Source: Spirochaetia bacterium (GTDB lineage Bacteria; Spirochaetota; Spirochaetia; UBA9216). Taken from it: 64,000 bases of DNA. Positions within the stretch are counted from its first letter, which is position 1; each line of letters opens with the position of its first letter. Shown piece after piece: positions 56,121-64,000 of this stretch. The notes under the pieces were generated by a model, which saw only the letters and a list, made by a program, of their open reading frames with translations, did no database searches and was not told the origin of the DNA. A program made the translations under genes and the position numbers. The stretch lies in contig OY776510.1 in assembly GCA_963675665.1 (NCBI GenBank), forward strand, positions 480,001 through 544,000, written 5' to 3'.

Positions 56121-57076
56121 TCCTTCCAGTGCCAGACAGGCTCCGAATACTTGTCCGGGAAAGGGTTTCTTTTCATAAAATCCGGTACCCAGTCGGATGA
56201 AGCGGCTTCGGGGGCCTGCAGAAAGCCTTCTTCAATCCCAAACTCATCCAGCCATTCAAGCAACTGATCGTAATCTTCATTCGGCATAATATAACCAGGC
56301 CCGGCAACAGCAGCTCCGGCCTCGTTAACAGGAGTGTACTGAACCATTACCGAGATCATTGCTTTGTCCTTAAGATTTCGGCTATACCATTCAAGAACTT
56401 CGCGGCTTGATTCAAGCTCGCCCGGCATAACCAGGTGCCGGACAATCATACCTCGCTTCATCAGACCGTCCTCAACCAGCATTCCGCCCCGTTTGGCCAG
56501 CTGTCGCGCCATGGCTGCCAATGCGGCCTCAACAGCTTTCGGGTATGCAGAAGTGCCGAAAAGTCGTGCGGCAACCCTGTTGTTCAGCGTTTTAATATCA
56601 GGCAGCCAGATATCAACAGTATCTGACAGCATTCCTATGGTTTTCGGGGTTTCATATCCCGAACTGTTCCATATAACCGGAATATTCAGCCCCTGGGTGC
56701 GAGCATCAGCTACCGCAGCTATCACAGAGGGGGCAAACTGTGTGGCTGTAACCAGATTCAGATTGGCAGCGCCGCGGCTTTGCAGTGAAAGAAATATTTC
56801 TGCAAGCTTCTCTTCGGTCAGCGCCGAGCCAATATCGTCACAGCTGATCTGTACATTCTGACAGAACGGGCAACCAAGTGTACAGCCTGAGAAAAACAGG
56901 GCGCCGGAACCGGCGTCTCCGATCAGCGGCGGCTCTTCTCCTTTGTGAAGAACTGCAGAAGCGGCAATTATTTTATCGGGCATCCCGCAGACGCCGCGCT
57001 GTCCTCTTGTTCTGTCTACCCCGCATGCCCTGGGGCAGAGCCGGCAGTTTTCATACTGCTTGAACAGATTTTTCAT
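56117..57076 (-). CDS. Radical SAM protein, PflX-like
   Basis: CRLCPRACGVDR, HKGEEPP, FSGCTLGCPFCQN, WNSSGYE, IVRHLVMPG, QYTP. Confidence 0.9.
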   Translation of the reverse strand: MKNLFKQYENCRLCPRACGVDRTRGQRGVCGMPDKIIAASAVLHKGEEPPLIGDAGSGALFFSGCTLGCPFCQNVQISCDDIGSALTEEKLAEIFLSLQSRGAANLNLVTATQFAPSVIAAVADARTQGLNIPVIWNSSGYETPKTIGMLSDTVDIWLPDIKTLNNRVAARLFGTSAYPKAVEAALAAMARQLAKRGGMLVEDGLMKRGMIVRHLVMPGELESSREVLEWYSRNLKDKAMISVMVQYTPVNEAGAAVAGPGYIMPNEDYDQLLEWLDEFGIEEGFLQAPEAASSDWVPDFMKRNPFPDKYSEPVWHWKD

Positions 57077-57193
57077 CTCTTATTTATACTCCCTGAATAA
57101 GATTTTGTCATTGTTTACGTGTTTTAAAACAGTTGCAAAAGTCCGGATTATAGTGTAATTTCTTTCTTGTCCTGAAGGAAACTTCAGTCATCT

Positions 57194-57277
57194 GCCGGCG
57201 TGGTGAAATTGGTAGACACAGCAGACTCAAAATCTGCCGGGGGCAACTCTGTATCGGTTCAAGTCCGATCGCCGGTA
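57194..57277 (+). tRNA. tRNA-Leu (anticodon CAA); CCA not encoded
   Basis: Acceptor stem GCCGGCG/CGCCGGT plus discriminator A; D-loop AATTGGTAGA; anticodon arm GCAGA-CTCAAAA-TCTGC; long variable arm; T arm ATCGG-TTCAAGT-CCGAT. Confidence 0.96.
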
Positions 57278-57355
57278 TTCTGTTCACAGCATGAACCAAT
57301 CATGCAAGTCGGGGAATGATGCTGCGCATCATTTTCCGATCGCCGGTATTCTGTT
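57264..57355 (+). repeat. 21-bp direct repeat of the tRNA-Leu 3' end (attL/attR-like)
   Basis: TCCGATCGCCGGTATTCTGTT at 57264-57284 and 57335-57355. Confidence 0.88.
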
Positions 57356-57388
57356 TAATATTTATCCTGATTTATATATAATCAATCC

Positions 57389-58108
57389 ATGTTTGAAGCA
57401 GATTTACACGCACACAGTCTTTTCAGTTCCTGCGGGCTCCATTCAATAATTGAAATGCTCACAAAAGCGGAACAGAGGGGTTTAAAAGCCCAGGCAATAA
57501 CCGATCACGGCCCGTTTCTCGGCAGAAAACCCAGCAGCACCTTTTTCGAAAGACTGGACAATCCTGTTGAAGGCATTCTGCTGCTGAAAGGAATGGAATG
57601 CAACGTAATTAACGAAGACGGCGAGATTGATGTTATAGATAAATTTATGCAATGGTACGACGTTATACTGACGGGGTTTCATTACTTTGAAAAAAAGGAT
57701 TCTTCCCCGTCGTATTATTCGGAAATTATGACAAAGGCAATTATTAAAAATCCATGCATAGATATTATAGTTCACCCTAATGCGCCCGGCTATTTAATGG
57801 ACTTCAGGATAATAACCGAGTCGGCGGCTGAATACGATGTCGCTGTTGAATTGAACAATGCAAAGCTGAACCTCGGTAGATCTTCTGAAGAAGAGACTAT
57901 TGGCCTGATAGAAGCATGTAAAAATGCGGGCTGCAAAGTGGCCGTGAACACCGACGCACATGCCCTAAACGAGGTTGGCTGCCATGAAAAAATTGAAAGG
58001 CTTCTTAATAAAACCGGGTTTCCGGAAGAAAGAATTGTCAACCGGACACTGGAATCAACCCTTAAGTGGATCGAAAATCGCAGGGAACGCCGCAAGCAAA
58101 ACTACTGA
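57389..58108 (+). CDS. PHP-domain phosphatase (YcdX-like)
   Basis: DLHAHS, AITDHGP, GMECN, HPN, VELNN, NTDAH. Confidence 0.9.
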   Translation: MFEADLHAHSLFSSCGLHSIIEMLTKAEQRGLKAQAITDHGPFLGRKPSSTFFERLDNPVEGILLLKGMECNVINEDGEIDVIDKFMQWYDVILTGFHYFEKKDSSPSYYSEIMTKAIIKNPCIDIIVHPNAPGYLMDFRIITESAAEYDVAVELNNAKLNLGRSSEEETIGLIEACKNAGCKVAVNTDAHALNEVGCHEKIERLLNKTGFPEERIVNRTLESTLKWIENRRERRKQNY

Positions 58109-58134
58109 AATAATCCCCCAGCATTTCCCCCTGT

Positions 58135-58164
58135 GAAGTATCAACAGCCTGCTGTTGATACTTC
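58135..58164. terminator. Hairpin between convergent genes
   Basis: GAAGTATCAACAGC-CT-GCTGTTGATACTTC. Confidence 0.7.
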
Positions 58165-58187
58165 TAAAGCAAAATCTTTGATTTTGC

Positions 58188-59396
58188 TTAATTTTCCAGA
58201 ATTATAATTTCTACCCTGCGGTTTTTGCTCATTCCCTCTTCGGTGGAATTATCCGCCACAGGCTTCTGTGCGCCCATACCCTTTATTATAATCTGCTCCG
58301 GCAGTCTTGAGCCTTTTTCCAGAAGATACCCGGCTACCGCCCCCGCCCGCTGCTCGGAAAGCCTGATTCTGCCGGAAGGCGTTCCGGCAAGCGCCGTATG
58401 CCCTTCTACAAGAATGTCACGTTCCGGATACTCACCCAGGATAACAGCGATATGATCAAGCTTGTCAAGTTCGGAATCAAGAAGCCGGAAAGAATCGGGG
58501 GCAAACTGAATATTATTCAGAGTTATCTTGACCCCCTCTTCACTCACGGATACATCCGTGTCCTCCATACCTTCCTCATCAATTTTTCTTTGAATATCTT
58601 CAGCAACAGATTCCTTATCCATCTCGGGGCTCTCAATAATATAGGCGTCCGACAAACCGCGGTATTCGACAGTGACGCCCGTGGAAAGTTCAAAAACAAA
58701 TTCGAAATTCTCTTCATAGGCATGGGGTCTTCCGGCGACGCTGTCCCAATATATAATCTGGTCAGAGCTGCCTGCAATACGGACCGGGTACAGATCTGTT
58801 TCTGCAGGGATCTCAACAGGCCTGTAATAGATATTATATTTTACGGAAATTTTATCAAAAACCCAGTCCTTGTATTTCCCCTTTCCAAGATACGTATAAT
58901 TAACATAGATGGGTATATGATAGGCGTTGGCTATTCCGAAATTATTTCTGAAATCATGAACTTCTTCACCTTTCCACGACCAGCTGTCTCCGGGCTGAAG
59001 ATCACGATCGGGGAAGACAGGCACATCGCGTACAACAGGCATAAAATACTGAGGCGCTATGTCGTATCTGCCTTTATCATCCCGGGTAAATACAGATTCA
59101 TATTCAGTTGCCCACTGGTATGCCCCGATTGTTCCGGAAGTTCTTTCTGAAGTCTGAAATACGGATTCTATCAATCCGCTGCCGTCGACAACCTCTTTAA
59201 CATGCACAGCTATCTTGTTCAGGATATCGGCCCGGTGCGAATACATACCGTCAATATACACATATTCGTCAACAGTCGATAATATCCTGTATCTGTCGCC
59301 AGTTTTATAACAGAACTTGAAAGTTTCAGAATATAACGTTAATATGGTAATAAGGGTAAAAGAGATAATCAGAAAAGCTCTTTTTCTCATAATCAA
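58188..59396 (-). CDS. OmpA-family peptidoglycan-binding exported protein
   Basis: Signal peptide; C-terminal IQFAPDS, VEGHTA, LSEQRAGAV, KNRRVEI. Confidence 0.9.
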   Translation of the reverse strand: MIMRKRAFLIISFTLITILTLYSETFKFCYKTGDRYRILSTVDEYVYIDGMYSHRADILNKIAVHVKEVVDGSGLIESVFQTSERTSGTIGAYQWATEYESVFTRDDKGRYDIAPQYFMPVVRDVPVFPDRDLQPGDSWSWKGEEVHDFRNNFGIANAYHIPIYVNYTYLGKGKYKDWVFDKISVKYNIYYRPVEIPAETDLYPVRIAGSSDQIIYWDSVAGRPHAYEENFEFVFELSTGVTVEYRGLSDAYIIESPEMDKESVAEDIQRKIDEEGMEDTDVSVSEEGVKITLNNIQFAPDSFRLLDSELDKLDHIAVILGEYPERDILVEGHTALAGTPSGRIRLSEQRAGAVAGYLLEKGSRLPEQIIIKGMGAQKPVADNSTEEGMSKNRRVEIIILEN

Positions 59397-59435
59397 TCCT
59401 TAATTAAGGTAAAAAAAATCAGTATTGTTGCGGGC

Positions 59436-60563
59436 ATGTACCAAAAGATGAATACTCCTCAGACTGAAGAAAAAATCCGTTACTATTTGGAAAACGCCGG
59501 CTTTAATACCCCCACCCCACTCCAGAACAAGGTTTTCCCTGTTTTTTTCCAGAAAAAAGACATAATCGCCGGAGTTTACGGAGCAAAAGGAAAACGTACC
59601 TCCTACATTGTTCCTATCCTGGTAAATCTGGGCTCACATGATGAAAGCACCCGAATCATTGTTGTCGTTTCCGAACCGGAAAGTGTTCGGAGGGCCGGAA
59701 GCGAATTTGCCCGGTATATTTCAAAAAACGAACTGGATTTGACTGTAGCCTCACTTATATCCGATTCGATGATTAAACAGGAGCTTAAAGCTTTATCCTG
59801 CCATCCCGATATTATTATCGGAACACCACAAAGGATTATTGACCACATCCGTCGTGAAAATATTGATTTATCCAATGTTGAAACGGCTGTAGTTGATACT
59901 CCCGTTAACCTGGAAGAAAACGGATTTGACCAGGACCTTATTTTTATTTTTTCAAAGATGCCGGAAAGGCATCAGAAACTTTTTTATACTGACAATCCTG
60001 ATTCTGTCAGTTTTATTGAATCCATGGCGCGAAAACCGATCATTATTTCCATGGAAGAAGAACATTTACAGGAGAATCAAAGAATGAAAGACCAGGAACA
60101 GACTGTCGATGCCTCAGTCATTGAGAACAACATTAAAAACTTCATAAAAACAATTGTTGAAAAAGAAGATCCGGATTTACTGGATACATACAGAAAACTT
60201 TTTAAAAAACACACGCCGTTTACAAAACGGGGATATCTTAGCGCATATCTTCTTAAAGAAGCGTGTAACGGTAAGGGGCCTCAAAGCTTCCGGAAGAAAC
60301 AGGCGTCCGACCCAAATAAAACAACACTGTTTGTCAGCGCAGGTAAAAACAGGCGTGTATTTCCCAAAGATCTTGCCAGGCTGTTTCAGTCTAAACTGGA
60401 TCTTGAACAGTCGGACATCGGCACAATAAAAGTCCTCGACAGTTACTCTTTTCTTGAAATTTCAAAAGACCATGCCGAACGGGCAATTGAACTTATGAAT
60501 GGAGAAGATTTTAAAGGACGTAAACTGACAGTAAATCATGCGCGCAAGCGTAACGAAGCTTAA
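59436..60563 (+). CDS. Degenerate DEAD-box N-terminal domain fused to a DbpA-type RNA-binding domain
   Basis: Q motif GFNTPTPLQ and motif Ib IGTPQRIIDHI kept; Walker A and DEAD lost; no second RecA domain; C-terminal LFVSAGKNRRV...IGTIKVLDSYSFLE. Confidence 0.78.
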   Translation: MYQKMNTPQTEEKIRYYLENAGFNTPTPLQNKVFPVFFQKKDIIAGVYGAKGKRTSYIVPILVNLGSHDESTRIIVVVSEPESVRRAGSEFARYISKNELDLTVASLISDSMIKQELKALSCHPDIIIGTPQRIIDHIRRENIDLSNVETAVVDTPVNLEENGFDQDLIFIFSKMPERHQKLFYTDNPDSVSFIESMARKPIIISMEEEHLQENQRMKDQEQTVDASVIENNIKNFIKTIVEKEDPDLLDTYRKLFKKHTPFTKRGYLSAYLLKEACNGKGPQSFRKKQASDPNKTTLFVSAGKNRRVFPKDLARLFQSKLDLEQSDIGTIKVLDSYSFLEISKDHAERAIELMNGEDFKGRKLTVNHARKRNEA

Positions 60564-60574
60564 TGGTTTTTTCT

Positions 60575-61699
60575 TTACAGAAACCACATTAAAAAAAGGT
60601 AAAACAGTATAAGATTCAGTACAAAACCGAAACTGATTGAAGCCGCTGCAAGAATTTCCATCCATCTTGCGCGGCTTCTGCATTTTCCGGCCAGGATCTC
60701 GGGATCTCCGGGAATAATCAGATTTTCAAGGAAATGTTTCGGAAGACCGGCAGCATTTTCTTCCGAGGCAATATACACACGACATTCAAGCTCAAACAGG
60801 TCCTCTTCCTGTATTATCCCGCAGCTTCTTATCCTGGCATCAGGATGTTCTTCCATCGCTTCCCGGCATGAAGAATATTCCGAAAACCGGGGGAATCTCA
60901 AAGGCAGTCTCAACAGGTCCCTCTCGCCTCTCAGGTACCTTCCGCTGCGCCAGAATCTTCTGAAAAACATGTACATAAGAAGACCCGGCGGCACAAAGGG
61001 AATTAAAGGGAAGAAGCTCAGGATTAGAGTCTCCAGGGCCAGAAAATCCGCATTCTGCTGTCTGTAATATATGAAGGTCAGGACGAAAAGGGAAAAAGAT
61101 CCGGCCATCAGGGAAAACGGAGTTATCGAATTCCAGTATTCATTCAGTTGCCGGCCGCTCCATATTGAACGCCGCAGTATGGTTTCTTTTCTGCCGTCAT
61201 AAATTACCGCCAGCAGCGGAAAATCTTCAGTATTCCTGAAAACAGGCGTACCGTTTTCAATAAATACTTTACCGGACAACAGGAACCCGGTTCCCTGAGC
61301 AAGAGAGTAAACACTTTCCCATTTGATTTTTTTCGGCATTTCCTGGGGAAGAACAAGCTTGTTTTCTTCGATTCTTCCTTCATTCTCAATAGATTGAGTT
61401 GTCGGGAGCAGGTACAGCTTAATACCTTTCATTTCGGCTCTTACAGTTACTTTTCCGTTATTCAACCAGATTGAACTGTCGTCCTGTATGGCCTGAAGTT
61501 CACCGGTAAAACTATACGAGCCGGCGTCACCTGAGGTTACCCTGACAGGATCCGAATAGGTAATTTCTCTGCATAAACTTGCCTCAACCGCCTGTTTTCT
61601 GAACATCCTCCATCTTCTTCTGACCATAAAAGCGCCTGAGAGCGGTAATACAGCATAGAAGATAACGGCCACAAACAGAGGGGGGATTAGTTCCAACAT
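60575..61699 (-). CDS. Hypothetical membrane protein
   Basis: 374 aa ORF, about 4 TM segments, 2-nt gap to the upstream gene. Confidence 0.7.
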   Translation of the reverse strand: MLELIPPLFVAVIFYAVLPLSGAFMVRRRWRMFRKQAVEASLCREITYSDPVRVTSGDAGSYSFTGELQAIQDDSSIWLNNGKVTVRAEMKGIKLYLLPTTQSIENEGRIEENKLVLPQEMPKKIKWESVYSLAQGTGFLLSGKVFIENGTPVFRNTEDFPLLAVIYDGRKETILRRSIWSGRQLNEYWNSITPFSLMAGSFSLFVLTFIYYRQQNADFLALETLILSFFPLIPFVPPGLLMYMFFRRFWRSGRYLRGERDLLRLPLRFPRFSEYSSCREAMEEHPDARIRSCGIIQEEDLFELECRVYIASEENAAGLPKHFLENLIIPGDPEILAGKCRSRARWMEILAAASISFGFVLNLILFYLFLMWFL

Positions 61700-61701
61700 G
61701 T

Positions 61702-62079
61702 TCAGATAAATAAATCCAGAGACACTCCTCTGGCAGAAATATTCCTGTAATAAGGATTGTTATTGGACAGCTGATGATACAGCTCACGTCGGTATGTTTC
61801 AATCATTTCAGCCACGTCGTTTTTATCCGCGCCTTGAAGATTTAAAGCCTTTCCATCTCCTTTCAGCAGCTTTAACCTGTCGATCAGATTATCCAGATTA
61901 CGCAACTGATTAAACGAATAAGCAGGCTGATTTCCGGAAGTGCCCACCCCGGTAATATGCTTGAAATTGGCATAAACACTGTTGCTGTTAACCGGCAGAG
62001 CTATCCTGCCTGTCCCGACCTGGGCCTTCACCAACTGAGAGATGGCTAATGACTGTTTAGAAATGCTTTGAATATCCAT
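61702..62079 (-). CDS. Hypothetical protein (125 aa), probably sigma28-dependent
   Basis: ORF directly follows a sigma28-like promoter; C-terminus GVSLDLFI. Confidence 0.7.
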   Translation of the reverse strand: MDIQSISKQSLAISQLVKAQVGTGRIALPVNSNSVYANFKHITGVGTSGNQPAYSFNQLRNLDNLIDRLKLLKGDGKALNLQGADKNDVAEMIETYRRELYHQLSNNNPYYRNISARGVSLDLFI

Positions 62080-62091
62080 ACCCTGTTAAAT

Positions 62092-62118
62092 TTATCGGTT
62101 TTACAGGGCCGGAGTTTA
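62092..62118 (-). promoter_or_regulatory. Sigma28 (FliA)-type promoter
   Basis: Minus strand TAAA-N15-ACCGATAA versus consensus TAAA-N15-GCCGATAA. Confidence 0.68.
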
Positions 62119-62144
62119 GAATCCGTTGATTAATTAATTATCCT

Positions 62145-62501
62145 TCAACGATTTTTTCTTTCGTCGGTAGATTTACATTCAATACACATCAGAGCATAAG
62201 GTATTGCCATAAGCCGTTCTTTTGGAATCTTCTTATTACACCTCATACACAACCCATAGCGTTCATTTTCAATGCGGGATAAAGCTGAATCAATTAAACG
62301 CAATCTTCTGACATCATTTGCACTTAAGGTTTCAAGAGTGTTTCTGTCAATATCATCGGCAGCAATATCTGCCAGGTCTTTGGGCTGCTTTGCTTTAACG
62401 ATAGCATTGAAATCGTCGCTTTCCGACATAAGGGACTGCATAATCTCTTCTTTTTGTTTGATAAGATCCGCTTTCATCTGCTCAACAAACGCTTTGTCCA
62501 T
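62145..62501 (-). CDS. dksA: DksA/TraR-family RNA polymerase-binding factor
   Basis: DLADIA coiled-coil tip, IDSALSRI, YGLCMRC...IPKERLMAIPYALMCIEC. Confidence 0.92.
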   Translation of the reverse strand: MDKAFVEQMKADLIKQKEEIMQSLMSESDDFNAIVKAKQPKDLADIAADDIDRNTLETLSANDVRRLRLIDSALSRIENERYGLCMRCNKKIPKERLMAIPYALMCIECKSTDERKNR

Positions 62502-62564
62502 AAAAACCTCATTAAGAACTATTTAGGCCGAAATATCTATGAAAACGCCAAAAAAGTCAACAGG

Positions 62565-62593
62565 TTGACAAAGGATTCTTATTTACTTAGTAT
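62565..62593 (+). promoter_or_regulatory. Sigma70 promoter of infA
   Basis: TTGACA (62565-70), 17 nt, TAGTAT (62588-93); GGAGG RBS downstream. Confidence 0.65.
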
Positions 62594-62618
62594 CTATTAA
62601 TATTATTTTGGAGGCAAT

Positions 62619-62837
62619 GTGGCTAAAGAAGAAGCTATCGAAGTTGAAGGTATTGTTAAAGAATCTCTCCCTAATACGATGTTCAGGGTTGAGCTTCAAA
62701 ACGGACATGTAATCCTCGCGCATCTATCCGGAAAAATGCGTAAACACTATATCCGAATTGTTCCGGGTGACAAGGTCAGAGTTGCTCTCTCTCCTTACGA
62801 TTTAACCCGCGGAAGAATTATATACAGGGAGCGTTAA
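62619..62837 (+). CDS. infA: Translation initiation factor IF-1
   Basis: [11 protein letters not shown]...[13 protein letters not shown]...SGKMR...[10 protein letters not shown]. Confidence 0.99.
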   Translation: MAKEEAIEVEGIVKESLPNTMFRVELQNGHVILAHLSGKMRKHYIRIVPGDKVRVALSPYDLTRGRIIYRER

Positions 62838-62845
62838 CCCTGGAA

Positions 62846-63211
62846 TCATTTTAGCAGCACCCATACTGCTCCGCTGCCGCCGTCTTTACGGTCGGCAGTA
62901 CCGAATTCCCCTGCTATGGGACTTTTTTCCAGCAATTTCAGCACCTCTATTTTTAGAACGGGCTTTCCGGCAGAATGGTGACCCTTACCGTGAATTATCA
63001 GTACCTTTTTGAGTCCGGCCCGTTTCGACTGAAGAAGGAAATTTTCAACTTCGGTCTCAGTTTCTTCAACGGTTAATCCGTGCAGATCGAGGCTTTGTTG
63101 TACAGGCATGCGAATAAGCTTTTTTCGGCCGACAGGATTTGGTTTTTCATTGCCCGGCTTTTTATCCTTGTCCTGAGGCGGATATTTATTCAACCATTCC
63201 TCCATTCCCAT
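62846..63211 (-). CDS. Smr/MutS2-domain protein
   Basis: LDLHGLT, IIHGKGHHS, GGSGAVWV. Confidence 0.92.
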   Translation of the reverse strand: MGMEEWLNKYPPQDKDKKPGNEKPNPVGRKKLIRMPVQQSLDLHGLTVEETETEVENFLLQSKRAGLKKVLIIHGKGHHSAGKPVLKIEVLKLLEKSPIAGEFGTADRKDGGSGAVWVLLK

Positions 63212-63213
63212 AA

Positions 63214-64000
63214 CTAGTACTCTCCGGATGCAGGTCTGTCCGGATTCACATTAGCCTCCTCAGCCCAGCCCTTGACTCCCAGCCCTGTCTCGATAAGCAG
63301 AAAATTTTCAGATTCATCCAGAATCCGTACTGCAGTGCCCTCCTGTATATCCATCCAGATTTCCGCGGATGCCCTGGGAATCTTTTTTAATTCGCTTCCG
63401 CCGGAACAGACTATTCCGGTCATCCGGGAACGGGACTTGTCGGAAAAGAACATCATGAATGAAGAAGACAGTATTAAAAATGCCGACAGAATAACAAGTA
63501 CCGAGAGACCCCCGCCCTGCCTTATCCTTTTAAAAAATACGGCGAGAAAAAAAACATTGAAGGCGCATATCAGAATAAAATAGAAGATGTCCGGATGAAG
63601 CCGAATCGAAGGGTCAACCGGGTTAATAAAACCATTCCGGTTTTCTATCCAGTTCAGCATATCCCTGTATTCAACGTTAACCGGATCAAGATATACTGCA
63701 GTTCTCAGATTATGAAGACTTTCAGTAAACTCTCCATTATTATAATCTTCTACGGCCTGATTGTAGAAAAAGGTCGGACTGTTTGCAGAATCATCAGAAA
63801 ATTCACTTATATTTAAAACAAAACGGCCTATTGAAAGAATCAATACTATAATAATAACCGTCAGAAGAGCGGCGGCGGCCGGCCGTTTACCCTTCAACAG
63901 AAGATTAAGAATAAAGAATACCGCACCGGGCAGCAGCCACACATACATATAATATTTTCGATAATAATTTTTCCATCCGTCATTTTTCCCGGCAAGTATT
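63214..64000 (-). CDS. C-terminal part of a BatD/BatE-like membrane protein (TPR plus SH3b); 5' end outside the window
   Basis: The frame stays open from 63948 to 64000 (ILAGKNDGWKNYYRKYYM). TPR FYNQAV...AVYLDP, TM segments, SH3-like EGTAVRIL...GVKGW. Confidence 0.65.
   Translation of the reverse strand, partial: ILAGKNDGWKNYYRKYYMYVWLLPGAVFFILNLLLKGKRPAAAALLTVIIIVLILSIGRFVLNISEFSDDSANSPTFFYNQAVEDYNNGEFTESLHNLRTAVYLDPVNVEYRDMLNWIENRNGFINPVDPSIRLHPDIFYFILICAFNVFFLAVFFKRIRQGGGLSVLVILSAFLILSSSFMMFFSDKSRSRMTGIVCSGGSELKKIPRASAEIWMDIQEGTAVRILDESENFLLIETGLGVKGWAEEANVNPDRPASGEY

Overview
This is bacterial DNA, most likely from a free-living spirochaete (Spirochaetales). That call is inferred from rplM-rpsI followed by an N-terminally extended recX, rimO-rodZ-lolA-like genes, an archaeal-type pyrH and lipoprotein-type solute-binding proteins. 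The backbone is housekeeping: opp/dpp ABC transporter, proS-like, eno, uvrD/pcrA, glnS, rsmE, tRNA-Leu(CAA), dksA and infA. Two accessory catabolic regions interrupt it. (i) About 15.1-22.8 kb: a TetR-linked cluster of atypical transaldolase-family enzyme, ThDP lyase, GPH symporter, esterase, Zn dehydrogenase and racemase-family protein that matches no pathway I recognise. (ii) About 29.7-40.8 kb: a GntR-linked, Thermotoga-type myo-inositol pathway (iolG-iolN-iolO-iolM) with two extra enzymes, three copies of a shared operator-like motif and an IS256 end remnant. The best candidates for new biology are: a radical SAM/SPASM gene with a canonical sigma54 promoter facing a sigma54 activator and membrane kinase (50-55 kb); a ProRS-like protein with altered proline-binding and editing residues; a degenerate DEAD-box/DbpA protein with an internal start; a sigma28-type promoter before a small orphan protein; and a duplicated tRNA 3' end enclosing only 50 bp. 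No CRISPR array, rRNA, intact IS or prophage was seen. All family assignments come from reading motifs by eye; no database searches were run.
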